From assembly GCA_013265495.1 (NCBI GenBank), contig MU058531.1:124001-188000 (forward strand): a stretch of 64,000 nucleotides of DNA, written 5' to 3'. The stretch comes from Vicugna vicugna (Eukaryota). The position numbers and the translations under genes are program-made. Each line of letters starts with the position of its first letter. Positions within the stretch are counted from its first letter, which is position 1. This document shows positions 53,109-64,000 of this stretch, one piece after another. Below the pieces are notes generated by a model. It saw nothing but the letters and a program-made list of their open reading frames with translations. It ran no database searches and was not told where the DNA came from.

Positions 53109-53293
53109 GCACAGAAGAAAATATTGGCATTCTGCCTCGAACTTTGAATGTATTATTTGATAGTCTTCAGGAAAGACTGTATGCAAAGATGAACCTTAAA
53201 CCACATAGATCCAGAGACTACTTACGCTTATCACCAGACCAAGAGAAAGAAGAAGTTGCTAGCAAAAGTGCGTTGCTTCGGCAAATTAAAGAG
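53109..53293 (+). CDS. KIF20B: KIF20B exon 6
   Basis: (G)TEENIGILPRTLNVLF...LLRQIKE; GAG|GTATGG; 185 nt. Confidence 0.95.
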
Positions 53294-54338
53294 GTATGGG
53301 AGTATGTTAGTATGTAAAATATACATAAATCATGACCTCTTAATAGCTCTTTGTTTGTTTCAGCCTATATTGGAATGTTCTTGGTTACTGTTTCTTTTTG
53401 AAAAAAGTTTTAAAAGCTTATTTGAAGATACCTCTTCTTATTTTATATTGTATGAACAGCAGAAATATTTAAACAATACAAATGTAAATGGTTCTGAATT
53501 AAAAATCTTTTTTTTTAATTGTAAGAGTAATATGTATACACATCTAAACAAGGGGATGTGAAAAGTAAAAAGTGAAAATTTCCTATAATTCCATTCCCAG
53601 GTAGAAAACCACTGTTAACAGATATGAACGTACCTTTTTTGATCTTCTTCTCTCTACACAAAAAAACTTACATATAGAACTTTCTGTATATGTCTGTATG
53701 TACAGACTAACACAGTCATATATAGTTGCATATATCATATCTTTTTCTTTATGTGTAGGATATACTCTTTTTTACGAAAAACAAAAATGAGATTTTATTA
53801 TACAGACATTCTGTGACTTGTTTTATTCAATATATCTTAAATCTCACACTACTTTATTTCATGTTGTCTGTTATAGGTTATGTGTTTACCTCCTTTTCTT
53901 TCTTTTTAATAATTTTTAATGAGAAAGAAATTTTTGTAAACTTGTTCTTGTCTGTTTATTCCTCCTATGCCTTCTGAATTTTGTTATATTTTCAGAATTC
54001 TATTTAATGTTAAAAACTATTAACTGTCTTTATAAATATATTCAAAACACTGATGGGGATTTTCTTTTTAAAGAAATTTAAAAATCAGGGTTCCAAGGTA
54101 ATAAAACTTTGTTGCTCAAGGAAAACAAAGTTCAGAGTCCATGATTATGGTCTCTGTGAGTAAAATAGTAGTTTAAAAAAATTATGGAAATTGGTGGATA
54201 ATTGAATAGATAATTCATAGAGGAAATTAAAGTAATTAATAATGAAAAAAATTTTCCCTAACAAGTTAGTTTGTTACAACAAAATATTATTTTGCCTATG
54301 AAATTATTAAAATGTTAAGGAAAATGAGATATGCACTT

Positions 54339-54405
54339 CTTTTTTTAATTTCTTTTTATTGAGGTATAGTTGATGTACAGCATTATGTAAATTTCAGGTA
54401 ACAAC
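54339..54405 (-). mobile_element. Tiny (67 bp) 5'-truncated L1 3' end in intron 6
   Basis: T-rich tail followed by TTTATTGAGGTATAGTTGA; TSD ATGAGATA(TG/CA)CACTT at 54324-54338 and 54406-54420. Confidence 0.8.
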
Positions 54406-54999
54406 ATGAGATACACACTTTAACTTTCATAGGTTGATTGTAAAATGTGTTTCTAGAAAGCACTTCGGCAATGCTATATTAAGAGTGGGAACTTAAAGTT
54501 CTTATCTTTTCATTCACCAATTTAGATTTAGGTATATATTCTAAGGAAACAATTAGATTATAGAAGGAAAAATAATATGTTAAGATGTATATCTTAGTAT
54601 TATGTAAGTCATCTCACATCTATTCAGTTATGCAGCCACCAGATGTTTACAAATAATTTTTAATTATGGAGGAAAAAAACTTACAAGGCAATAAATGTGG
54701 GGAAGAGAATAGAATGAAATATGTTGAAATATTAATAGTAATTGCCTCTGAGTGGCAGGGATTACTTATAAGGATATTCTTTTTGATACTTTTTTGTAGT
54801 TTCCCAAATTTTCTGTTATGAGAATATGTTATTTAACTAGGAAAAAATTAATAGAGGTCATTGAACTGAGTAGATGAAAGGTAGAAAAGTAGATGACTTA
54901 TTTGGTTCATGCCTTATTTGATAAGTAATTAATTTACTGGTTATTTAACCTTAACTGAAAATGTTTTTTAACTTTAAAAAAAAATCTTTCTTTTTTTAG

Positions 55000-55036
55000 G
55001 TTGCTACACATAATGACGGTCATGATACTCTTTATG
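55000..55036 (+). CDS. KIF20B: KIF20B exon 7 (37 nt)
   Basis: Strong pyrimidine tract and TAG; VATHNDGHDTLY; ATG|GTAAAG; needed to link phase 0 to phase 1. Confidence 0.85.
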
Positions 55037-55525
55037 GTAAAGTTTCCATTCTCATTTACTTTTAAAATACTGATTATTTGAAAAGCTTTTAATTTTTGAA
55101 TCACTTCTGGTGATTTAATTTCCTTAATGACATAGTAGTACTTGGAAAATGGTACATTAACTATATGAAATACCAGTCACTGTGAAGTCTTACTTGGATT
55201 TAATATCACCACTGTCCCTTTCACTGGTTGTTAACTTTCATATTGAATTCAAGAAAGATTATTTTTTCCTTTGTCCTTTACATTTAATTTCATTGTGGTT
55301 TATTAGCATATTTGTAAAAGAAAAGGAGAGAAAGAAGCCAAGTTTTGGTTAATACAAATATTTATATTTATTTATATCTGCTTTGGTCTAAAAAGTTTTT
55401 AACATTGCTGGTCAAAAGATTAAGGATACTTTGTTTTTTAAGTCCAGGAGTCTTGATCTATCCTGTTGTCTCATTTTTTGTTGATTGCTTAATTTTATGA
55501 TTATCTTTTTTTATTCTTTCTGTAG

Positions 55526-55753
55526 GAAGTTTAACAAACTCTTTGAATGTCTCAGAGTTTGAGGAATCCATGAAAGATTGTGAACAAGCCAGCTTGAATA
55601 TGGATAATAATATAAAATTTTCTGTGTGGGTTTCTTTCTTTGAGATTTACAATGAATGTATTTATGATTTGTTTGTTCCTGTATCATCTAAGTTCCAAAA
55701 GAGAAAGATGCTGCGCCTTTCCCAAGATGTAAAGGGCTATTCTTTTATAAAAG
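55526..55753 (+). CDS. KIF20B: KIF20B exon 8
   Basis: SLTNSLNVSEF...VWVSFFEIYNECIYDLF...YSFIK; AAG|GTAAAC; 228 nt. Confidence 0.95.
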
Positions 55754-56715
55754 GTAAACTAATGAGTATTTTTTACTTTATTGCTCTGAAGTTCTTTTCT
55801 AGGCTTTGTTACAGGAAAGCAAAGTAGAAATTGAATATTTTTATACTAATTATTAACATCAAGATAATGAGAGTAGTTTGTGCTTTGGAAGTACGTTTTG
55901 GTATGTTAATTAAACCTGAATATATAGGGTTCTAGTTTAGTATTATGTTTGCTGAGTATCGTTGATTGGATTTTAGAGAATGGGAAAAGCCATGTGTGTT
56001 GATATTCAAATTATTTTGCTGCTTTGTAATAATATTCAAATTTTAGAGCTATGTAAATGTTTCTGTCCCTCAGCAGTGTTTTTCCAACCTTTAAAAACTA
56101 CTACCCCACTGTAGGGAATACATATTAATAACATCATGATCCTGTACCTGGGGTGTGTGTGTGTGTGTGTACACATACTGATATATATATGCATATATAC
56201 AATTGAAAAGTTTAATTAATTATATTTACCCTTACTACAAGGAATGTACTTTGGTGTTTTCTGTATTCTACTTTATTTTTACAAAATTCTGGGTATGACT
56301 CAATAAATTTAATTTCATGGCTCATTAATGAATTGCAATCTGTAATGTCTCATAGCTAGATAATTTTTTAGATGTAATCTATACTGTATTTTGTCTTTAT
56401 TTCCTGAATGTTTAATTCTAAGGAATTTTGCCTATTTTTAACTTTCCCTTTGACAGACTCTGTTTAAGAACATTTACTTTGTATGTTAGTACAACTTAAA
56501 TACTGGAAAATCATTATAATATCTTCATCTTCTGTACTTCTTTTCTGGTAGAATATGGAATAGCTAGCTGAATTGACTATACCTAGGGTATGTTATTAAA
56601 AGAAAGATTTCATTATATGTCATTGGGAAAAGAGATCAAATCTTCAAAGACATTGCATTGTACAACAAATGCCATGTTTTTATAAATTGATATGTGCCCT
56701 CTTTATTTTTTGAAG

Positions 56716-56827
56716 ATCTACAGTGGATTCAAGTATCTGATTACAAAGAAGCATATAGACTTTTAAAACTAGGAATAAAGCACCAGAGTGTTGCCTTCAC
56801 AAAACTGAACAATGCTTCTAGTAGAAG
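56716..56827 (+). CDS. KIF20B: KIF20B exon 9 (switch I)
   Basis: (D)LQWIQVSDYKEAYRLLKLG...TKLNNASSR; AAG|GTAAGG; 112 nt. Confidence 0.94.
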
Positions 56828-57728
56828 GTAAGGAGTAAACCCTACAGTATAAACCTGAGGCACCCAGGGTGTTCTGTGCTAATTTAAATACAACTAATTT
56901 AAAATAAAAGTGGGCAGTAGGTTCTGTGATATGTTAAATGAATCCATAGTCATAATAACATTCTGTAAACTGAAGAGAACTGAACACGTAAGATTATCAA
57001 GACTATTTCTTGTTACAACAAAAGATTTACTAGTTTGCACTCAGTCTGATGTATTTTTACTCTTTCCATGTGTGAATATCTAAGCTCAGTATTTTCAGTT
57101 GCCTGTAATAGTGGACTTTTCTCTGTGTTTCGCCTCCTTACCTCATGAACACAGACATTATACATATACTGAGTTATGCTACAATCTCAAGGGGTTAAGG
57201 AAGGATGTTTTGATGGAAGGGATTAGGGAATGAGAGACAAGTTTAAGCAGTGAGGTACTTAAAACAGATTTTCTCTTAAGGGGGAAAGAGCCCTGTCCCC
57301 CATGTATAGCATGAGAATAATACATGATCCAGATAAGCCTATATTTAGGTCAAATGTATGCTTTGCTTTAGGTATATCTTCAAAGTCGATTAGCTGTACA
57401 TATTACCATTTAACTAATAATATCATTTTTGCAAGCAAATTGAGACTTTATTATAAGTGATTCCATTAATGTAAGTTGGAATGTTAAGAGGAGTAAGTTT
57501 GAAGGATTGGGGGCTAAGTGAAAGATAATTGCTTTTAGGCAGTTGGGTATGTAGGTGACAGTGGAGCGCTGGATTGAAATACCTGGCAGCTGGTTGGAGA
57601 ATGCAGTGCAAGAGCTATGGCTAGTATTAGGATATAAATAGATGTCAATTTAGATGCTTGCCTGTCCTATTTAGAATGCAGAAATTTAAAGTGAATGATA
57701 GTATTTGAACTTTGTGTATTTCTTTTAG

Positions 57729-57800
57729 TCACAGCATATTCACCATTAGAATATTACAGATTGAAGATTCTGAAATGCCTCGTGTAATGCGAGTCAGTGA
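57729..57800 (+). CDS. KIF20B: KIF20B exon 10
   Basis: (S)HSIFTIRILQIEDSEMPRVMRVS; TGA|GTAAGT; 72 nt. Confidence 0.93.
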
Positions 57801-57884
57801 GTAAGTTGAGCATTCATTAAATTGTAATTATTTTGAATTGTTTTGTTTTGAGGAACTTTTAAAGTTCTTTTTTTGTTTGTTCAG

Positions 57885-58031
57885 ATTGTCTTTATGTGAT
57901 CTTGCTGGTTCAGAACGAAGCATGAAGACACAGAATGAAGGTGAAAGGTTAAGAGAGACTGGAAACATCAACACTTCTTTATTGACTCTAGGAAAGTGTA
58001 TAAATGTTTTGAAGAACAGCGAGAAGTCAAA
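57885..58031 (+). CDS. KIF20B: KIF20B exon 11 (switch II)
   Basis: LSLCDLAGSERSMKTQNEGERLRETGNINTSLLTLGKCI; AAA|GTAAGA; 147 nt. Confidence 0.96.
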
Positions 58032-58713
58032 GTAAGAGTTGCTGAATGTGTTACTAACAAATTAAGTATTAAAATATTTACACTTTCAGCTTTGCTAGTT
58101 TTAGAAAAGTTCTCTTCTTTTTAACTTGCTTCTTATGTAATGACTGTGTATGGATTGTGATTAAAATACTTAGGCATTTTGGATTTTAAAGAATGATAGG
58201 AACAGTGTCAGTTGGTGCCGTTGTTTCATCAGGTAAACACAGTATTTTCCATAGCACGTCTATATCTACAGACACCTTAGATAATAAGCTTCTAATGATG
58301 CTGGTTCAGCATCTAAAACCACGTGATTCTTCCTAGTGCATTGTGTTCTTTTAGATGTGATAGATTTCTGCATTAATTAGCATTTTAGGCTGAGTAAATT
58401 ATAAATCAGCCTTTACTATTTCTTGCCAAGGTGTATATGTTATATAATTGCTCTACGCTAGAGAGTACAACCCAGTTCAATGTGATTTTCTTTGCATTTT
58501 GCCTAGTAGATTATTGTAATTAGTAGTATTATTACTGGTAGTAGTATTTAAAGAAAACAAGATAAATAAACAAAAATGACTATTACAGGTAGAACTAATC
58601 ACTAACCTAGAATTTAAGTCTATGATATCCAGATTATTTTTGTAAAATTTATCAGCACCCTGAATTCATGAGATTTGTTTTAACTTACAATTTTTTGAAA
58701 AAATTTTCCACAG

Positions 58714-58876
58714 GTTTCAGCAGCATGTGCCTTTCCGGGAAAGTAAACTGACTCACTATTTTCAAAGTTTTTTTAATGGTAAAGGAAAAATATGTATGAT
58801 TGTCAACATCAGCCAGTGTTTCTTTGCCTATGATGAGACACTCAATGTGTTGAAGTTCTCAGCCATTGCGCAAAAA
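58714..58876 (+). CDS. KIF20B: KIF20B exon 12
   Basis: FQQHVPFRESKLTHYFQ...ETLNVLKFSAIAQK; AAA|GTAAAT; 163 nt. Confidence 0.95.
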
Positions 58877-59428
58877 GTAAATATACTTAAATTTCTGCAG
58901 AATTTATTAAGCTTCTTATAAGAATACTTACGATTTTTTCTTGAGTAGATAATCCATTTTGCACTTATAGCTGTAAAGCTAGAAAATAATTGACAATCAA
59001 AAAATGTAATATTTGATCAAGTAGGAGGATATGGGGAAAGATTGAAAATTACCACTGCTTAAGATTAAAATGATCTCAGTAATAAATAAAATTACCCATT
59101 ACAAATTGTGAGTATTCTTGCAACGAATTGTCCGCTCTGCCATCCATCTGGTTCATTTAGTGAGTAGTCAGGAGGCCCCTTGCTAAGAATAATACTAGGA
59201 ACTTAACCCGGGGAAGTAAATTTACCTGTAGTATAAATGTATAATTAGCTTTTTTCTTATCAAATATTTATTTAAGGATGCCAATTCCTTGTATGTTTGT
59301 TTGCTAAGTTTTTTTCTTTTTTTAATTCTCAAGTTGTCATTCAATGAATTAAAATAAATTTATAAATTTTTTTTTGTGGACAGTTCTTGCCTTTTCTGTT
59401 TTAAAAGTTACGTTGAATATTTTAACAG

Positions 59429-59716
59429 GTTTGTGTTCCTGACACTTTAAATTCCTCTCAAGAGAAATCATTTGGATCTGTCAAATCTTCTCAAGATGTA
59501 TCACTAGATGTTAATAATTCAGATAATAAAATAGTAAATGAAAAAAGATCCACAATTTCATGGGAAAGTAGTCTAGAAGATGTGGTGGAAGATGAAGATT
59601 TGGTTGAGGATCTAGAAAAAGCTGAAGAAAACCAAAATGTAGAAACTGAATTTACCGATGAAGATCTAGATAAAACATTAGAGGAAGATAAGGCTTTAAT
59701 TAGCCACGAGAAGAGG
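59429..59716 (+). CDS. KIF20B: KIF20B exon 13 (acidic neck region)
   Basis: VCVPDTLNSSQEK...TISWESSLEDVVEDEDL...SHEKR; AGG|GTATGT; 288 nt. Confidence 0.93.
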
Positions 59717-62121
59717 GTATGTATGTATTAAGAACTCAAACTTCCAAACTTGTTTTTTTTTTTCTGAAGTTAGGGTTAATAATTCTTAGGGCTCCCGTTC
59801 CCATTTTTTTCAATAAGACTAAATTTATCTTTCATCTTCATGTTTGGAAAATTTTCAAACCTGCAGAAAGAGAATACAATGAATACCCATTTGCACTTCA
59901 CCTGGATTAGTCAGTTTTTAACATTTTACCATGTTTACTTTAATTCTCTTTCTGTGAATGTGTGAATGCACATATTTTTTGCCTGTGTCATTTGAAAACA
60001 AGTTGCAGACATAATGACACCTCACAACTAACTACTTCAGTGTGTGTTTCCCGGAAATACAGTTTCCTCACCATTTTCATACCTAAGCTATATCACATTG
60101 ATACAATAACTTAATGTTACATTGTCCATACTGAGATTTCTCCAGTAGTCCCAGTATTTCCTTTAAAGCCACTTTGTTTTTATCTACAACTTGAGTTAAT
60201 ACATTGCTTTTGATTGTCATATTTCTCGGTTGTCTCTAATCTAGCAGAAATATTTTTGAAAAATTGTGATTAGTTATCTTGTAGAATACTCCTGGTCTGG
60301 ATTTGTCTTATTAGTTCCTAATGATTCAGGTTCAACACTTTAAGCAAGCCTATTACATAGGTGAATTTGTGAATTTCCCATTGCACCACATCAAGAGGTA
60401 CATGATGTCTGATTTCCTCATTTTTGGTGATGCTCAGTTTTGCTCACTTGGTTAAGTTGTTGTGTTTTAGATCTCTCTTCATTGTGAAAGCCTATGATCT
60501 GTGGGAAGATGCTCTGAGACCATATGAATATCTTGTTTCCCCGTATCCTTTCATCCAATAATTTTAGCATACTGCACCAAAGTTCTCCTTTGTAGTCTTA
60601 AGTACAAGTATGTAAAATGTCTGCCCAGCACCAATTATTCTGTTTATTCAAAAGCAGAAATTGCTTGGTCGTCTTATATTAATGGGAAACAAAGTTTGAT
60701 GGCAGTTCTTTTAACCTCAAAGTATAGTTCACACATCAATTTAAGTGGTATTAATCCTGAAATGTGGATATGTCCATATTACCAGTTCCCCTCATTAACT
60801 GGCCGTAACTACATATGTACACATGAAGCCTTCTTACCAGTGTCCTAGGACCACCAATAATCCTGTGCTCATGGATATGCTTCAGTGGCGTTGACACATC
60901 TGACATCATAGAACTCTTGGACTGTAGAAGTCTAAGTAGGTGGATGATAAGTTTTGAGTTAAATACTCTCACTTTAATAGTTTATTTCAGTGTCCTTGAA
61001 AGCCATCATTATGCCTTTGTTGTTTGGAAATGAAGATGAAAGCTTTAGATGCCACTAGTCCCAGTTTATCTCATCACTATGTGATTTGACCTTATTTACC
61101 TTGGATCTCTAGAACGTATTTCCCTCAATGACAAAATGAGATGTTAATAGTCCTATTTTAGTTTGTATTGATCTTCTCAAAACTGAAGTTTATATGTAAT
61201 GTCAATTAAACTTAAAACGTTAGTAGAATTTGTGAATTTATAAGGGAAAAATAATGCTATAGTTTATAAAGGATTACATAGTATAAATGCATATCGTACA
61301 ACTGACTAGATAAAATTCCATCAGAGTCAGGATATCTACAGAAATATTTTCAAATATAAAATTCAGAAACTGAAAGATCTGTAGCTTTGAGAGAGTTTAT
61401 TGTTGAGAAACTTTTATCAAAAACCTTAAAAAAGAATATCAGAATGTTTTCTGAATCCTGTAATTTATTTTATTACATATCTACACTGGCTATGATGTTA
61501 AGATTAATTGCTTTATTGCTTACATGATTAATTATGTATGTGTTTTCAGAGGCTGTTGTTGCTAGAGTTGTTGCTCACATTTGAATAGTTATAAAAGCCT
61601 AATAAGATAAGTTTATGTAACATTTCTCTTTACCATTTTGAAAAGTGTTTGGGGGTTCTTAGTAGCTACGCTGTATAAAACTTAAGCTTTATATTTTGGC
61701 ATACTAATTTTAAACTCAACCTTAAGCGTTTACCACAGACCTGCTTCTTAACTTTCCGCACCTATGAAATGTGGATGCCACTACCAAGTTCATTAAAGAT
61801 TATATGGATTAAATGAAATAAAATGTGAACTCCCCAAAGTAGTTCCTGGTAGATAATAGATGCTCAAGTTTTCTTTTTCCATCTATCTTTGTGTAGCTAG
61901 ATAGTGAGACATTTATTTGAGTTACTTTATGTTTCTAAAATGTGGAGAGGTGTACTTGATTTTTCACATTAGTGAATTTCTGTAAATACATAATTTTCAG
62001 TGAAAATATCTCTATATTAAAATGATACATAATTGATTAAATGAAAAGTTTATTTTTGAACACTGTCTTTCTCTTGGGATATATTTGTTCCTTAGTTAGA
62101 ATTTTAATATTTATGTTTTAG

Positions 62122-62261
62122 AAACTGTTGGATTTAATAGAAGACTTGAAAATAAAACTGATAAGCGAAAGAAAAGAAAAGTTAACATTGGAATTTAAAA
62201 TTCGTGAAGAAGTTACACAGGAGTTTACTCAATATTTGGCTCAACGGGAAGCTGACTTTAA
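62122..62261 (+). CDS. KIF20B: KIF20B exon 14 (coiled coil)
   Basis: KLLDLIEDLKIKLISERKEKLTLEFKIREEVTQEF...READF; TAA|GTAAGT; 140 nt. Confidence 0.93.
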
Positions 62262-62530
62262 GTAAGTTTTTTTGTTCTTGTCCTGGTAATTGAGAATTTT
62301 AGTTACTTGTTTAAATTTGGGGGGAGCTTTTAATTAGGTGACTTCTGAATTCTGACCTTTATACAGGCTTGAAAATAGCTGTTACTAGTCTCCATGGTAA
62401 TTGTGAATTACACGTGAATAATTATTTAAATTGACTTTTAATTTATAATGTACTTAATCTTAGAAATTTAAAATAAAAATGCAAAGTAGTGCTTTTTCTG
62501 TTTCCTAATGGGACTAATTTCTGTATGAAG

Positions 62531-62669
62531 GGAAACTCTACTTCAGGAACGAGAGATACTAGAAGAAAATGCTGAATGTCGTTTGGCTATCTTCAAAGAT
62601 TTGGTTGGTAAATGTGATACTCGAGAAGAACTGAAGAATGAAGATCGTGTCATGAAAGTTGAAACTGAA
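62531..62669 (+). CDS. KIF20B: KIF20B exon 15
   Basis: ETLLQEREILEENAECRLAIFKDLV...KVETE; GAA|GTATGT; 139 nt. Confidence 0.92.
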
Positions 62670-63624
62670 GTATGTTAAATGAAATATTAAATCCATGGTG
62701 TTTTGGTACTAGGATTCAGTATACTACATCAATGATATACTTTAGTATGTTATGTATATATTAATATACTTTTGAATTTTAAAAAAACTTATTATTATAG
62801 CTTTGTTATAATTGAACATGCTTTGTTAGGAATGTAAGCACAAATAGTTTAAATATAACTATTGAATTTGGACATTTATATCTCAGTTTGGTGTTGCTTG
62901 AGTCATTGTGTTGATAGTAGGTAGATTACTTTTGTTGGATTATGGGATACCCCTCTTAGATCTGTCTTAAACTTAAAGAATTTAAATAGATAAGGGATCT
63001 AAGGGGACATTTAGTTCTGTTCTGATTAAAACAAAAACATTTATTTATAGAAAAGATGACTCTTGCTTGGCTGACTGACCATTCCCTACTGTTGAGGAGA
63101 CATTCTTTTCTGCTGCTTCTGTTGAAGCTGAAATTGATCACATCTTTTTGGAATGGCTGTTTTTGTTTTGTTTTGGATTTTAATTACTCAGTTCAGGGGT
63201 CTGGGATGGTGATGTCCAGGCTCTTGCTATCAAACCATCGTTGTGTGTCCCTGACATAGTTTGGGATTTGGTCTGAACTGTGAAAATGGAGATTTGTTTC
63301 CTCAGCTATTCCAACAAAGCCTTTGAAGACTCATTATATAACTGAAAGTATATCTGTACTAGGTAATCATAATTGTTCTATAATGACCTATCACAGTTTA
63401 TGACCTTGTTTTTATGGAAAAATATATCTCATGTTCCATTAGACAGAAAAATACATAACAGAGCACACCTTTTTTATAATTAGAGATATTTTATATAGTA
63501 AAAAAAACTTCAAGTTGTGAATTTTTTTGCTATTTGTTTTTAAAACTGTCTAAATCAGATGGTACCACACTGAAATAGTGAAGGCCACTGTTAACATTAG
63601 GTATGTGGTTTTTGCTATTTTTAG

Positions 63625-63853
63625 GAAGGACATAATTATATAGGAATTGAAGATATTATTGATTCTCTTCAAGATGATGTCACTGATATTAAGAAACAGG
63701 CTGAAATTGCTCACTTATATATTGCATCTCTTGCTGACCCCCAGGAAGCTATTGCTTGTTTAGAAATAAAGCTTAATCAAGTTAAAGCTGAATTAGCTAA
63801 AACCAAAGAAGAATTAATCAAAACCCAAGAAGAGTTAAAAAAGAGAGAAAATG
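63625..63853 (+). CDS. KIF20B: KIF20B exon 16 (long form; internal in-frame acceptor at 63745)
   Basis: TTAG|GAA; EGHNYIGIEDIIDSLQ...EAIACLEIKLNQVKAELAKTKEELIK...KREN; ATG|GTAAGT; 229 nt. Confidence 0.9.
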
Positions 63854-64000
63854 GTAAGTGGATATATTTTACCCCTATTTAGATGTTGTAAATGCATAAA
63901 AAGACAGTTGGTAAGTATGAGATTTATGCAGCTTATTTACCATAGTGACCAGACAATGACCTAAGTAACATATTTAATACTTTACCATTTGTATGAGTTT

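Larger units (their letters stand above)
40425..64000 (+). other. KIF20B: KIF20B gene (kinesin-6, MPHOSPH1), 5' portion; continues beyond the window
   Basis: 15 coding exons with compatible phases give 2230 nt of open CDS; kinesin motifs RIRP, GLTNSGKT, NNASSRSH, DLAGSE, HVPFRESKLT. Confidence 0.97.

Noticed and set aside
56716..62546. Downstream CAG acceptors just inside exons 9, 12 and 15
   Set aside because: All would shift the frame, and nothing beyond the trinucleotide supports their use
63030..63330. More GC-balanced intronic segment with a minus-strand AATAAA, possibly a retrocopy fragment or cryptic exon
   Set aside because: No recognisable translation, poly-A tail or TSD

Overview
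Mammalian (eutherian) genomic DNA, most likely camelid: it carries several copies of a tRNA-derived SINE resembling vic-1, plus a young L1 family. The right 24 kb holds the 5' part of the kinesin-6 gene KIF20B on the + strand: a CpG-island promoter at about 39.95-40.73 kb, non-coding exon 1, and 15 coding exons that splice into one open frame of 743 codons + 1 nt and continue beyond the window. The left 40 kb is intergenic and repeat-rich. It contains a young 5'-truncated L1 with an uninterrupted RT/C-terminal ORF2 and a perfect 17-bp TSD, a PSMA1 processed pseudogene, an internally deleted Tigger/pogo DNA transposon with both TIRs, and SINE, L1, L2, MIR and MaLR relics. The items most worth follow-up are an unexplained ~210-bp-arm inverted duplication (29533-30248), a GC-AG intron and an alternative exon-1 donor in KIF20B, two retro-insertions whose target sites share 13 bp, a SINE split by an L1 mosaic, and an orphan CpG patch with a 96-codon ORF. 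No prokaryotic-type system (CRISPR, operon) is present. Most ORFs in the supplied track are spurious or repeat-derived. Repeat family names are from memory and boundaries of old repeats are approximate.
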